From the NCBI GenBank assembly GCA_001805965.1, contig MHHG01000075.1, positions 8,826 to 72,825 of the forward strand: a DNA stretch of 64,000 nucleotides. The letters run 5' to 3'. The notes beneath the pieces were generated by a model. That model had not been told where the DNA came from. It made no database searches and was given only the letters and a program-made list of their open reading frames with translations. Origin of the DNA: Omnitrophica WOR_2 bacterium RIFOXYA2_FULL_38_17. GTDB taxonomy: Bacteria; Omnitrophota; Gorgyraeia; Zapsychrales; Zapsychraceae. The position numbers and the translations under genes are program-made. Below, piece after piece: positions 1-10,413 of this stretch. Position 1 is the stretch's first letter. Every line of letters begins with the position of its first letter.

Positions 1-2
1 TC

Positions 3-554
3 CTGAGGACCAAATACACAAGGCTCTGGAAAGCAAATAAGCCGACCTATGATATGATCGACGGTAAACTGACACTGATAAACCATCCTGTTCCTGAGAA
101 TAAGACCGGGCCGGTAAGGGCTTATTTCCTGGGAACAAGCCCTTTGTTCAGGTTCGTAAATGAGCTCTTCCTGAAGATAGACAACAACAAAATAACTGCT
201 GACAGCGAAACCCTTCCTTCGAATAAACCTTTACATTCTTTAAGCACAGCTATCTTAAAGACTTTAAATGACGCTGTTCAAAAAGATGGCAAAAAGCTAA
301 TTGTTTTTATCTGGGGTAAAAATAATGAGTGGTTAAAACAGATCGTTGAAAATGCCGGCGTTGAAGTTTTCGCGTTAGAGGATCATGAAGATATAGAAAA
401 GTGGAGACAAAAAGGCGAGCTGGAAAACCTGCCGCCAACAGGCCACTGGTCAGTGCTGGGAAACCAGTATGTGGCAGAGGCGATCTTCCAATATCTGACC
501 GTAAGATCAAAAGGGGACAGAGCCATGGCCCTGTCCCCTTTTACACTTCTCTAA
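3..554 (+). CDS. Hypothetical protein, C-terminal part; possibly SGNH/GDSL-hydrolase-like. The frame is open to the window edge, so the gene is probably truncated at its 5' end.
   Basis: There is no in-frame stop between position 3 and the first ATG at 54. A C-terminal 'TGHWSVLGNQYVAEAI' resembles SGNH block V, but this is weak. The stop at 554 abuts the convergent purN. Confidence 0.3.
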   Translation: MRTKYTRLWKANKPTYDMIDGKLTLINHPVPENKTGPVRAYFLGTSPLFRFVNELFLKIDNNKITADSETLPSNKPLHSLSTAILKTLNDAVQKDGKKLIVFIWGKNNEWLKQIVENAGVEVFALEDHEDIEKWRQKGELENLPPTGHWSVLGNQYVAEAIFQYLTVRSKGDRAMALSPFTLL

Positions 555-1193
555 TTAATGTATATGCTCGACCTTGGGACGCTCCAAGATCCTTACTTTT
601 CTTCCCTTACCAACCTTCAACCTGTCTTCAGTATACAACTGGATCGCTTTAGGATACATGCTGTGTTCAAGAGTATGGACCCTTGCTTCAAGCATTTCCA
701 GCGTATCGTCTGGAGGTATCTTGAACCCTTCCTGCATGATGATAGGGCCATGGTCCATCTTATCATCCACAAAATGTATCGTGACTCCGGTCACCTTCGC
801 ACCATAAGTAAATGCGTCTTTGATCGCCTGCTTTCCCCTGAATGCCGGCAGCAGTGACGGGTGAACATTCAATATCCTGTTAGGGAACTCCTTTACAAAA
901 AAGGCCGATAACAGTTTCATGTACCCTGCCAGCACGATAAAATCGATCTTTGCTTCCTTCATATAGATCACGATATCCCTGTCATAACTTTGCGGCGTAG
1001 CATAATCCTTTCGCACCAGACACAGTGTCTTTATCCCTGCCTCCTCAGCACGCTTTAAAGCATAGGCCTTCCTGTTATTAGAGAAAACAAGCGCAAGTTC
1101 AGCCTTGATCTTTTTTTGATTGACAGCCTCTATTATTGCCTGCAGATTTGTTCCGTTACCTGACACAAAGACAGCAAACCTTTGCATATACAT
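555..1193 (-). CDS. purN: Phosphoribosylglycinamide formyltransferase (PurN)
   Basis: N-terminus 'FVSGNGTNLQAII' and a 'NVHPSLLP' core; the 212-aa length and formyl-transferase motifs fit. Confidence 0.9.
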   Translation of the reverse strand: MYMQRFAVFVSGNGTNLQAIIEAVNQKKIKAELALVFSNNRKAYALKRAEEAGIKTLCLVRKDYATPQSYDRDIVIYMKEAKIDFIVLAGYMKLLSAFFVKEFPNRILNVHPSLLPAFRGKQAIKDAFTYGAKVTGVTIHFVDDKMDHGPIIMQEGFKIPPDDTLEMLEARVHTLEHSMYPKAIQLYTEDRLKVGKGRKVRILERPKVEHIH

Positions 1194-1613
1194 CTCCTTT
1201 GATCCCTGTTAACGCCTGTAAAATAATACTGAATAATTATAACACTTCTTATATCTAAAACAAATTCCAATACAAAAATTTCATCGAGCATGAATTGCAG
1301 CGTAATATTGTATGATCGCGTTGCTCCCTACGTCAGTGCATCAATTAATATTTTTATCATTTTTAAGACATATTCGTGAACTTTCCTACAATAAGTCCCT
1401 GCAAGATAATACCTGCAAACAAAGACCAGCTCTCGGGAAAAAGACCGATCTCGTATCAGGCAAAAGAGCATCTCCTTTTATCCCGTTCTTCTGCAGAGCC
1501 GCCTTGCGCCTCAGGCATTATCCTGAGAACAGGCCGCTTTGGCTTGATGGGGAGTGGGCTTCACTTTATCTGTTTGACATGGGCCGATAACTGCGCTTGC
1601 GCCGGCCGGCTGT

Positions 1614-2879
1614 TCACTTCTTACTTTCACCTTCATGCTCACCGCGAATAAAACCTATCATTCCAATAAACACGATCGATCCGCCGACAGTGACAAGTAT
1701 CCAGAACTTGTCAACATACTTCGCTGCTATAGAGCTGGCAAACATCGCTGTAAGGAAAGCAAAATGGATCACGATCTCTATTGCGCTGAAGACCTTGCCG
1801 CGCATGTTTTCATCACTGACTATGTGCACGATAGTGTTAGCTGCTATAAATATGGGGCCTATGACCAGGCCCAGAAGCACCGCCAGTACCATGGCTGCAA
1901 AGATATTCTGCACCTTTGCGACAACGTACGCAAAAGCTATAAGCATTACGCCTCCCGCCATAAGTGAAAAGAATATCACCTTATACCACACGAACTTCTT
2001 TCCCCATTTTCCATAGCAAAGGGCCCCTGCAAAAAGCCCCGCGCCGAGGCATACTGCCAGAACACCGAGATGCTTTGTCACGCTGCCGAACGATTCCTGG
2101 ATGAACACTATCATTACAACATATACAGAGCCTGCCACGAACAATAGCGCGAACATCATGTCAATAATAAAGCGTATTTCCTTGTGCTGTATAAGATAGA
2201 CAAATCCTTCTTTAAGCTCGACCCAGAACGACTGCTTGATCGTGTCCACTATCTCGTGGCTGCTCTTTAAGAGCTCTGATTTCTTGAACTTGACTTTGAT
2301 CGGTAAGCTGATCGAATATATTATTAGGCCTGATATAAAGAAAGTTGCTGAATCGATGATAAATCCGGTCCTGGCGCCGAACCAGTCTATAAGGAACCCT
2401 CCTAAGGCACATCCGAAAACAAAGGCCATCATTCCTGTGGTGGATACAAGAGAATTGGCCGCAAGCAGGGTATCCTCTTCAACAAGGTCGGGTATAATTG
2501 ACATTTTTGCGGGAATATAAAACCTGCTGAAACAAAATGCAAGAAAGACCACTGCGTATATCGGGAGCATTGATTCTTTCAAGATAAAAAGGAACGGTAT
2601 CGTCAGGACAAGCAGGCCCCTTCCGAGGTCACAGATAAAAAGCGTCTTCTTCCTGTCCCATCTGTCGACAAGTACACCTGCGAACGGCTGTATTATAAAG
2701 ACCGGAAGGATAGTAAAGGCGAGCAGCTTCGCCAGGCCCATTGCAGAGCCGGGCGCGCGTTCCGCTATAAGGCCGACAAGTGCCAGCTGGTGAATGCGGT
2801 CGCCGAACTGGGAAATGAACTGCGCTGACCAGAGCCGCTGAAAGTTCCTGTGCTTAGAACTGGTTAGTATCTTTATCAT
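1614..2879 (-). CDS. MFS transporter
   Basis: 421 aa with about 12 predicted TM segments and an MFS-type N-terminus 'FQRLWSAQFISQFGDRIHQLALVGLIA'. Confidence 0.75.
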   Translation of the reverse strand: MIKILTSSKHRNFQRLWSAQFISQFGDRIHQLALVGLIAERAPGSAMGLAKLLAFTILPVFIIQPFAGVLVDRWDRKKTLFICDLGRGLLVLTIPFLFILKESMLPIYAVVFLAFCFSRFYIPAKMSIIPDLVEEDTLLAANSLVSTTGMMAFVFGCALGGFLIDWFGARTGFIIDSATFFISGLIIYSISLPIKVKFKKSELLKSSHEIVDTIKQSFWVELKEGFVYLIQHKEIRFIIDMMFALLFVAGSVYVVMIVFIQESFGSVTKHLGVLAVCLGAGLFAGALCYGKWGKKFVWYKVIFFSLMAGGVMLIAFAYVVAKVQNIFAAMVLAVLLGLVIGPIFIAANTIVHIVSDENMRGKVFSAIEIVIHFAFLTAMFASSIAAKYVDKFWILVTVGGSIVFIGMIGFIRGEHEGESKK

Positions 2880-2913
2880 AATATCTTTAAAACTTTACGT
2901 CCTATAAAATTCT

Positions 2914-4785
2914 CTAGCGTCCGCTTTGAAGGATCTCCAGCCTTTTACTGATATATGCCAATCTGTCTTTATCAAGAACTATGCTTGATAGAATATAATT
3001 GTATGTCTCGATCGCCTTTTCTTTCTGGCCGGTAGTTTCATAGGCAGCTGCAAGGTTCATATATGACTCCTGATAATTTGGCCTGACAGTAATCGCCCTT
3101 TTATATTCGAGGATAGCTTTATCCGTTCTATCGGTCATGTGATAAACGACCCCTAAGCTGTAATGAAGCTTCGCAAGGTCATATTTCTGAGCTTCATTTA
3201 TGATCCTTCCTTTTAAGTTCTTAAGTCCTTCCTCATACCTCTTTTCTATCTCTTGATAAGCGGCCCTTTTATTCTCGTTAAGCATACTTTCGAACTGCCC
3301 CGCATTTACCACTTTGTTATAATAAGCCAATCCATGCCAGTATTTTCCCTGATCGAACAAAGCCCTTCCCGCGCCTATCAAACCTCTTACATTGCCGGGC
3401 TCGACCTTTAGGCTTTCCTTGTAATACTTTTCGGCCTCCTCATACATTCCCGCATAGGCATATGAAAGGGCCAGAGGGGTTATAACGCGTATGTTCCGCG
3501 GATTCTTGTCAAACGACTGTTTGAACATCGTCATTTGATTCGAGGATATGATCACCTGGTTGATAGTGACAATAATATAGAATAAATAAAGGCCGGCAGC
3601 CCCGAGGATAATAATGCTTTTCTTCGCCTGCTTGTGCTCAATCAGGGCCTTTGCGATGTTCATGACAAAAACAATCGTTATTGCTAATATTGCCACTGAA
3701 GGCATGTATAGAAAATGTTCTGCAGTTGAAATGCTAAAATAACTGACCTTGACAGGTATGACCTGAGAGACAACAGCAAAATTAATTGCTGTCCATGCAA
3801 ATAAGAATTTTGTGGTACTGGTGAAGGAAGGCCATTTTTTAAGTATGAAGTATAAAGCGATCAGCCAAAATACGATCGTGCTGGCAACTTGAACTTCCCA
3901 AAAGCTGCTGAAGATATCAAGGCTCCTGTCGTAATAGAGCCCTGCCGGGATCATGACAAGCCTCAGATAGATCACCAATGCCTTGAGGAACGTTATTACA
4001 GAAAGAGCCGTCTGTTCTATGCTGATCCACTTAAAACCTCCAGAAATACCGAGATATTCCCTGCAAAGAAAATAGGCTATGGTAATTATCAGAAAACTGT
4101 TACTAAAAAAACCAGCATTCTGTTGTTGGCATTGGGTCCGTTGCCCCTTAGGTAAAACTATCCAAAAGTATGCAATCACACACAGCGGCATCATCACAGC
4201 CGACTCTTTTGAGAGCAATGACAGGCAGTACAATATCAGGGAAATAAGAAGATAGCGCGTCTTGCCGGATCCAACGGCCTTGAGGAACATCCAGAAAGAA
4301 TAAAAGAAAAACAAGCCGCATAACAGTATCGAGCGTCCCGGGATATTCGTGACCTGCTCCCAGTGTACAGGATGAACTGCAAACAATAATCCGGTCAATA
4401 CGCCGGCTGCCCTGTTGTTCAGCAATTTATCAACCAGCATGAACACCCCGAAAGAGGCGATGATGTGGAGGATAATGTTGTCCAGATAATAGTAGAACGG
4501 ATCGAGCTTAAAGAAATTGTATTCAAGCGCAAAGCTAAGATGCACAAGCGGGCGCCAGTAAGTGTTCTTCAAGAAGAACGAGCTTTTAAATATCTGCGGC
4601 ACATTGCCGAGGCTCTTGACCAGCGGGTTTTCAATGATCGACAGGTAATCATCCATAGTCTTAAAAGACGCATCCAGGATCAGGCAATAGCACAAAAAAG
4701 TGACGAGCGCGATCGCCGCAAAGACCCCGGCATTTGACCACACGGACCTGTTCAATATTCCCCGGAATTTATTCACTTTTGCCAC
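2914..4785 (-). CDS. Polytopic membrane protein (PMT/TMTC-like N-terminal domain) with C-terminal TPR repeats; GTG start
   Basis: About 400 aa of multi-TM region are followed by TPR-like repeats ('YYNKVVNAGQFESM', 'LGVVYHMTDRTDKAILEYKRAITVRPNYQESYMNLAAAYETTGQKEKAIETY'). The start codon is GTG, seen as the reverse complement of cac at 4783-4785. Confidence 0.5.
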   Translation of the reverse strand: MAKVNKFRGILNRSVWSNAGVFAAIALVTFLCYCLILDASFKTMDDYLSIIENPLVKSLGNVPQIFKSSFFLKNTYWRPLVHLSFALEYNFFKLDPFYYYLDNIILHIIASFGVFMLVDKLLNNRAAGVLTGLLFAVHPVHWEQVTNIPGRSILLCGLFFFYSFWMFLKAVGSGKTRYLLISLILYCLSLLSKESAVMMPLCVIAYFWIVLPKGQRTQCQQQNAGFFSNSFLIITIAYFLCREYLGISGGFKWISIEQTALSVITFLKALVIYLRLVMIPAGLYYDRSLDIFSSFWEVQVASTIVFWLIALYFILKKWPSFTSTTKFLFAWTAINFAVVSQVIPVKVSYFSISTAEHFLYMPSVAILAITIVFVMNIAKALIEHKQAKKSIIILGAAGLYLFYIIVTINQVIISSNQMTMFKQSFDKNPRNIRVITPLALSYAYAGMYEEAEKYYKESLKVEPGNVRGLIGAGRALFDQGKYWHGLAYYNKVVNAGQFESMLNENKRAAYQEIEKRYEEGLKNLKGRIINEAQKYDLAKLHYSLGVVYHMTDRTDKAILEYKRAITVRPNYQESYMNLAAAYETTGQKEKAIETYNYILSSIVLDKDRLAYISKRLEILQSGR

Positions 4786-4959
4786 AAAGGACTCCTTTTA
4801 TTTGTTTATTTTACTCAATAGGCGGAAGAATAACAATACTTTTAAAGAATATAATAAGGGTCAGGGTTTTATTCCATTTGGCGGAAGCAGCCGAAAAGGG
4901 CTTTTAGTTATTCCACAACAAACTTTCAGGGCCTTACTGCATTAGTGCTTTTTTAAAGA

Positions 4960-5032
4960 AGCTGGCGACCAGGATCGAACTGGTGGCCTACGATTTACGA
5001 AACCGTTGCTCTACCAACTGAGCTACGCCAGC
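4960..5032 (-). tRNA. tRNA-Thr (anticodon CGT)
   Basis: The reverse complement GCTGGCGTAGCTCAGTTGGTAGAGCAACGGTTTCGTAAATCGTAGGCCACCAGTTCGATCCTGGTCGCCAGCT folds as a cloverleaf: 7-bp acceptor stem, D arm GCTC/GAGC, anticodon loop TTCGTAA, T arm ACCAG-TTCGATC-CTGGT. CCA is not encoded. Confidence 0.85.
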
Positions 5033-5095
5033 GAATTGTTCTTTTCATATCAGGGCACATTTAATTACAGCGACACTTTAAACAATATTAATGTA

Positions 5096-5143
5096 CAAAA
5101 AAAACCGAACAAAATCAATCTTTAGCATTGATCGCATTCGGTT
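5096..5143 (-). terminator. Nested hairpin flanked by an A8 run on one side and a T6 run on the other; candidate bidirectional intrinsic terminator within the tRNA-Phe/tRNA-Thr spacer
   Basis: aaccgaa-caaa-atcaat-ctttagc-attgat-cgca-ttcggtt (5104-5143), preceded by aaaaaaaa (5096-5103) and followed by ttcttttttgg on the plus strand. Confidence 0.45.
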
Positions 5144-5361
5144 AAATTCTTTTTTGGTAAAAATCCCATTCAGATACCATTCATTTTACTTTTAAGGAAG
5201 CCGGGCATCCGTAACCATTGTTTCCCTTAAGGACCCTCTTTACCTAAGAAAGCATTCCGGCCGCATTACCGGTCCCCGGTCCTGACGGGTACTGAAAGCG
5301 CTTCTTGCTTTTTCCTTAGGTGATAATCCATTCAGTCACCATTTTATGCTAGGCAAAAAAA

Positions 5362-5437
5362 TGGTGCCGAGACCCAGAATTGAACTGGGGACACAAGGCT
5401 TTTCAGGCCTCTGCTCTACCAACTGAGCTATCTCGGC
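5362..5437 (-). tRNA. tRNA-Phe (anticodon GAA), with encoded 3' CCA
   Basis: The reverse complement GCCGAGATAGCTCAGTTGGTAGAGCAGAGGCCTGAAAAGCCTTGTGTCCCCAGTTCAATTCTGGGTCTCGGCACCA folds as a cloverleaf with anticodon loop CTGAAAA (GAA). Confidence 0.85.
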
Positions 5438-5620
5438 ACATTTGATCTTTAAATCCTGTTTTTCAAATCTGAGGACACATTCTAACTAAGGGAACTGATT
5501 TTGTCAACCCAAGAAATTTTTTAGCTTTAACTCCCGCGGCCACACTAAAAAAGGGACAAATTCCTTTGTTTAAAATGCAGAATACTGCAAAGCCGGACTA
5601 AAGGATATTTGTCCCGAATG

Positions 5621-6025
5621 TTATTCGTTTAAATGACTCATTATTTTCACAAAGACATCCTGCGCAACACTGATCTTCGGCAAGTACGCTTTTCTTGCCT
5701 TGACGCTCACCTTAATATTTGATTCATTCAATTTAACGATCTTTATCGTGACCTCTGACCCGCTGATCTTCGCGATCAAAAGGCCGTTGTTCTCGTTCTG
5801 TTCCTTGATCGTTCCCATTATTGAGATGATCTCAAGTGTCCCGTCCCAAACCTCAACCACATCGTTTTCAGTCAATCCCTCAACAGTGTCAGGGCTTACA
5901 ATGTAGCCTCCGACAGCACCGATACCGCCGACAACAAGATAGATACAACCATTCAAAGAAAATAAAATTAAAGCTGAAAATAACGCCCTCAGCAGAGATC
6001 TTTTTCTGCAATTAGAAAACCCCAC
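5621..6025 (-). CDS. Putative lipoprotein
   Basis: A signal peptide with lipobox 'LNGC' is followed by a small beta-rich body of 134 aa. Confidence 0.5.
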   Translation of the reverse strand: MGFSNCRKRSLLRALFSALILFSLNGCIYLVVGGIGAVGGYIVSPDTVEGLTENDVVEVWDGTLEIISIMGTIKEQNENNGLLIAKISGSEVTIKIVKLNESNIKVSVKARKAYLPKISVAQDVFVKIMSHLNE

Positions 6026-6244
6026 TTCTGTCCCCCTTCAATATTATTTTAAATTTTTTAAGTGTAATACGGATGGTAATGACCAATGATCAGCTACGAT
6101 TTTATTCTAACATACGAAAAACAATTGTGTGGAATAAAATAAAATATTTTAGGCGATTAGCTGTGGATTGTCGCTAAAAGGTAATCTCAAGCATCTTCAA
6201 GGTCCTGATGCTTTAACGGGTTTTCATGAACTAAAAATAACGCG

Positions 6245-6284
6245 TAAAAAAAGAGCGGCATCATTTAAGACGCCGCTCTTTTCC
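6245..6284 (-). terminator. Rho-independent terminator downstream of hppA
   Basis: A 9-bp stem aagagcggc/gccgctctt (6251-6259 and 6272-6280) is followed on the minus strand by TTTTTTT (plus-strand A-run 6246-6252). Confidence 0.6.
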
Positions 6285-6332
6285 CTACCTCTTAAAGCCC
6301 CTGCCAAAATAAATGCAGGAGCGAATAGCTTA

Positions 6333-8663
6333 TTACTTTATCATGATCCCCAGCCAACCTTGTATGATCGGTGAGAATTTTACAATGACCGGAGCAAATA
6401 CAATACTGACCATGCTCATCAGCTTAATAAGGATATTTAACGAAGGCCCGCTTGTGTCCTTACAAGGATCCCCGACAGTATCTCCAATAACTGCCGCAGC
6501 ATGTACAGGGTTCTTTGAGCCGTCCGGCAGCTTCTTTCCGCCGTGATGCCCGGATTCAATATATTTCTTTGCATTATCCCACGCACCGCCGGCATTGTTA
6601 AGCATTGTAGCTAAAACAAAGCCCGTGCTTAAGCCTCCTGCCAGCAATCCTATTACGCCGGCAACGCCAAAGACAAGCCCTGTTGCTACAGGAATAAAAA
6701 TAGCAAGCAAGGACGGCAATATCATCTCTTTCTGCGCGCCAACCGTTGAAATCATTACGCAGCGGGCATAATCAGCCTTTTGCGTTCCGTCCATGATGCC
6801 AGGTGTTTCCTTGAACTGGCGTCGGACTTCATTGACCATTGCGCCTGCAGCGCGCCCGACAGCCTTCATTGTCATCGCGCAAAAGACAAATGCCGCCATC
6901 GCGCCAAGGAACATTCCGCAAAGCAGCAGTGGGTTCATCAAGTGAGCTTTGTAGAGCTCGACAAAATCAAGGATTCCCAGTCTGGATATCGCATCCTTAG
7001 TAAACTCTTGTGCTCCAACAAGAAATGTACCAGTACCCGCATAATTGCCAGCCCACATCTTGACCTCTTCAATGTAAGCAGCCATTAGCGCCATTGCCGT
7101 TAAAGCCGCTGACCCGATAGCAAACCCTTTTCCGGTCGCAGCTGTTGTGTTCCCTAATGCATCAAGGGCATCCGTTCTTTCACGAACTTCCGGTTCCAGC
7201 CCTGACATTTCGGCGTTACCGCCTGCATTATCCGCAATTGGCCCGTAAGCATCTGTCGCCAAAGTGATGCCTAAAGTGGAAAGCATTCCAACTGCAGCGA
7301 ACCCAATCCCGTAAAGCCCCATTGAAAAATCGCTGAACCCCCCGGCAAAACCGAACGAACAAAGAATACCGATCACTATCGTTATAACAGGAATACCTGC
7401 TGAGTACATGCCATTTGCAAGCCCGTCAATAATTACAGTGGCCGCACCCATCTTGGCTTCACCAGCCAGGCTTTGTGTCGGCTTGTAGTGGCCAGATGTA
7501 TAGTATTCTGTAGATTGGCCGATAAGAACGCCCGCAAGCAGACCGGCAGAGACAGAACCAAAAATACCCCAGGTCACAACACCCATTTTTGCAAGCACCG
7601 CAATAGCAAACAAGATAAAAACTGAACTTCCCAGCGTTCCTGTTAAAAGGGCATTAAGAAGATTTTTCTGCGTTGCATCCTCCTTGCATTTAACAAGGAA
7701 CATCCCAAGAATAGACATAAAGATCCCCAAGCCTGCCACTATCATCGGGGCAGCAACGTACATTACCCCTTTTTGCATATCAAAAGTGGGATCAATATAA
7801 GAATTGTGCGCAGCTATCGATGCCCCGATCGCAGCTGTCGCTAAAATTGAACCGCAGTATGATTCATAAAGGTCAGCACCCATTCCGGCAACATCACCGA
7901 CATTATCACCAACATTATCAGCGATAGTCGCAGGATTGCGTGGATCATCCTCCGGGATACCCGCTTCAACCTTACCTACAAGGTCAGCGCCAACATCAGC
8001 GGCCTTTGTAAAAATACCGCCGCCAACACGGGCAAAAAGAGCCTGAGTGGAAGCACCCATGCCGAAAGTAAGCATTGTAATCGTAATATCGACTAATTTT
8101 TTTGCTTCAGTTGTCCCTGCATGGACAAGGTCCATTCCAAGTAAATGAACACCATTAGCCATATGTTCAGGAGTATAAACTAACTTGGCTAAAATAAGAT
8201 ACCAAAGACAAATATCAAGCAGGCCGAAACCAACCACGACCAAACCCATAACAGCTCCTGACCTGAACGCAACCTGTAATCCCTGATTCAAGGATTTCCT
8301 TGCTGCATTAGCAGTTCTCGCAGAAGCATTGGTCGCTGTTTTCATTCCAAGGAAACCGCAAAGCCCCGAGAAAAAACCACCCGTAAGAAAGGCGATCGGA
8401 ACAAAAGGATTCTGAATACCATTGACAGCAAGCACGGATAGAATAACAAAAAGCGCGGCAAAAACTATCGAGACCGATCTGTATTGTCTGAAAAGATACG
8501 CCATCGCACCTTCTCTAACATATCCTGCGATCTCTTTCATCCTGTCAGTACCTTCATCACAGGCCATCAGCTTAGAATAATAAATACCGGCAAAAACCAA
8601 AGCAACAACACTTCCTGTTGGTGCAATCCACCAAATTCCTGGGGTCAGTGTAAATCCACTCAT
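6333..8663 (-). CDS. hppA: Membrane-bound proton/sodium-translocating pyrophosphatase (V-PPase), K+-dependent type
   Basis: 776 aa and polytopic. It carries the conserved '[17 protein letters not shown]' motif, and '[10 protein letters not shown]' has A rather than K at the K+-dependence position. The Shine-Dalgarno sequence AGGAGA lies 8 nt upstream of the ATG. Confidence 0.9.
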   Translation of the reverse strand: MSGFTLTPGIWWIAPTGSVVALVFAGIYYSKLMACDEGTDRMKEIAGYVREGAMAYLFRQYRSVSIVFAALFVILSVLAVNGIQNPFVPIAFLTGGFFSGLCGFLGMKTATNASARTANAARKSLNQGLQVAFRSGAVMGLVVVGFGLLDICLWYLILAKLVYTPEHMANGVHLLGMDLVHAGTTEAKKLVDITITMLTFGMGASTQALFARVGGGIFTKAADVGADLVGKVEAGIPEDDPRNPATIADNVGDNVGDVAGMGADLYESYCGSILATAAIGASIAAHNSYIDPTFDMQKGVMYVAAPMIVAGLGIFMSILGMFLVKCKEDATQKNLLNALLTGTLGSSVFILFAIAVLAKMGVVTWGIFGSVSAGLLAGVLIGQSTEYYTSGHYKPTQSLAGEAKMGAATVIIDGLANGMYSAGIPVITIVIGILCSFGFAGGFSDFSMGLYGIGFAAVGMLSTLGITLATDAYGPIADNAGGNAEMSGLEPEVRERTDALDALGNTTAATGKGFAIGSAALTAMALMAAYIEEVKMWAGNYAGTGTFLVGAQEFTKDAISRLGILDFVELYKAHLMNPLLLCGMFLGAMAAFVFCAMTMKAVGRAAGAMVNEVRRQFKETPGIMDGTQKADYARCVMISTVGAQKEMILPSLLAIFIPVATGLVFGVAGVIGLLAGGLSTGFVLATMLNNAGGAWDNAKKYIESGHHGGKKLPDGSKNPVHAAAVIGDTVGDPCKDTSGPSLNILIKLMSMVSIVFAPVIVKFSPIIQGWLGIMIK

Positions 8664-9029
8664 AATTTTTCTCCTATTCTAATTTAGTTTTTAAAATAGG
8701 GCCGTGGCACTAAAGTATCAATAGCGCTCCGTCCCATTTTTATATTTTTAACCTCTGCAAGGCTTAGTTCCATGATTGGCTTTCTTTGACCGCCAACTCA
8801 ATTTCCCTCTTCTTTTTTGTTTCTTGCTCATAACCTTCCCCCTCTGTACAAATTAAAATGTTGATCTTGTGATTTATATTAATATCCTTTTTATTAAACT
8901 ATTATAGTATTGGACCAGTTAATAAACAGGATTATTTAAAAATATGCAGAACTGCCCTTAAATCCGAACAATTGAGTAACTATTTATACCAAGAAAGCTG
9001 AAATAATCAAGTATTAAATTTCAACAGCC

Positions 9030-9746
9030 TTATTTTTGTGCGCAAACACAGCAAATACATTGCGTAGAGCCACTCGATACCACTTTCTCGGCAAAGCCGA
9101 GATCGACCTCTTCCCAATAATTATTGCGCGCTGCTTCCTGATCAAAATTGGCAAAATACTTTATCCGTGTAATCTTAAAACCCCACAATATATCATCGAT
9201 CCCTCTTTGATCAAAAACCCTCTGCTGGACATTAACGCTCGGGGCGCCAAAAGGGACCGTTAAAACAAATAATCCTCCCTTTTTAAGAACCCGCGCCATC
9301 TCTTTAACGGCCTTCTTCTGCGGCTCATCCTTTTCTTCCGGGTCCGAATAATACCCCAAACCAACATGCTCTAAAGTTGAGACACAAGTAACCGCGTCAA
9401 AATCCCCATCCTTGAAAGGCAGATCCATAATATCAGCATTTAAAAAATCAAAATTAGGGACTTTGTAAGGATACTTTCTGATATCTACTCCTGTTATCTG
9501 ATTTCCCAGCGTAGAAATAAACAAAGGCAGCACGCTTTCAGAACATCCTACATCCAAGATCTTGCCTCTTTTCCCCATCAAACTTAATGAATCAATAACA
9601 AAAGGGAGCTCAACGATCCTTTCATTCAAAAACATTTTCTTAAGTTCGCGTACCCTCTCAAATCTGGAAAAGTCAAAGCGATCTTTAAATTTAAGAAAGA
9701 CCGGCTCATTTATCCAGTAATGCTTATCATTATCAATCATTTTCAT
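9030..9746 (-). CDS. Class I SAM-dependent methyltransferase
   Basis: Motif I 'ILDVGCSES', a 'DAVTCVSTLEHV' motif and 'LKKGGLFVL'. The C-terminus is an unusual Cys cluster, 'CICCVCAQK'. Confidence 0.7.
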   Translation of the reverse strand: MKMIDNDKHYWINEPVFLKFKDRFDFSRFERVRELKKMFLNERIVELPFVIDSLSLMGKRGKILDVGCSESVLPLFISTLGNQITGVDIRKYPYKVPNFDFLNADIMDLPFKDGDFDAVTCVSTLEHVGLGYYSDPEEKDEPQKKAVKEMARVLKKGGLFVLTVPFGAPSVNVQQRVFDQRGIDDILWGFKITRIKYFANFDQEAARNNYWEEVDLGFAEKVVSSGSTQCICCVCAQK

Positions 9747-10410
9747 CCCCTTTTAAAACGTAACTATTGACTTCATCAAGAATACCGGAAACAGCCCAAA
9801 TATTCTCAACGATCTTAAACGAACCTAACGCTTCAAGCTCCTGCCTCGTGCTTGAACCGGTCGTAACCGCGACAGTTAAAACCCCCGCGTTCTTGCCGGT
9901 CTCAACATCAACCGTCATATCTCCGACAAAAAGGGCCTGTGCCGGGCCAAGCGCAAGCTTCTTCAATAGCTTTTCAAGGATCTCCGCATCAGGCTTCAGG
10001 CGCTCGACATCATCCTTGCTTAAAACAACATCAAAATACTTTTCAGCCTTCAGTTCCTGCAAAATTATCTTTGTTGACCACGCGGGACGGTTAGTAGCTA
10101 TCGCCAGTAAATAGCCTTTATCTTTCAAATGCTTAATAAGCTTTAGCGCTCCGTCAAGAAACTTCACTCCATAAGTAAGCGTCTGCCTGTGGCTATCCCT
10201 GTAAACCTTCTGCATTGCAGCCACATCTTTTTCTTCAACAAATGAAGCAAGGAGCGCCCACTCTCCCCATCCAACGCTTCTCTTTATAGAGGTTTCATCC
10301 TGCGGACCATATCCCATTTTCCTTAAAGCAAAATTCACACTATCAACAACCGCCCTGAAAGCATCGACCAAAGTACCATCGAGATCAAAAATCACCAGTT
10401 CAATTTTCAT
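9733..10410 (-). CDS. HAD-IA family hydrolase (phosphoglycolate-phosphatase-like)
   Basis: N-terminal 'ELVIFDLDGTLVD' (HAD motif I) plus 'FVGDMTVDVETGKNAG' (motif IV). It overlaps the downstream methyltransferase by 14 nt. Confidence 0.75.
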   Translation of the reverse strand: MKIELVIFDLDGTLVDAFRAVVDSVNFALRKMGYGPQDETSIKRSVGWGEWALLASFVEEKDVAAMQKVYRDSHRQTLTYGVKFLDGALKLIKHLKDKGYLLAIATNRPAWSTKIILQELKAEKYFDVVLSKDDVERLKPDAEILEKLLKKLALGPAQALFVGDMTVDVETGKNAGVLTVAVTTGSSTRQELEALGSFKIVENIWAVSGILDEVNSYVLKGDEND

Positions 10411-10413
10411 AAA

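Noticed and set aside
401-2016. Several 60-140-aa track ORFs (401..652, 558..857, 574..807, 1312..1590, 1376..1651, 1597..2016, 1635..1967)
   Set aside because: They lie inside or antisense to purN or the MFS gene, or in the purN leader, and lack a Shine-Dalgarno sequence and a protein-like composition. They are shadow ORFs.
5190-5300. SRP (4.5S) RNA in the tRNA spacer
   Set aside because: The minus-strand 'GUCAGGACCGG' resembles the helix-8 'GUCAGGUCCGG' motif, but the GNRA tetraloop and the 3' 'AGCAGCC/AAGGCAG' partner are absent, so the similarity is insufficient.
7890-7920. Apparent duplication 'DNVGDNVGD' in hppA
   Set aside because: This doubled motif is the native conserved V-PPase signature, not an in-frame repeat expansion.
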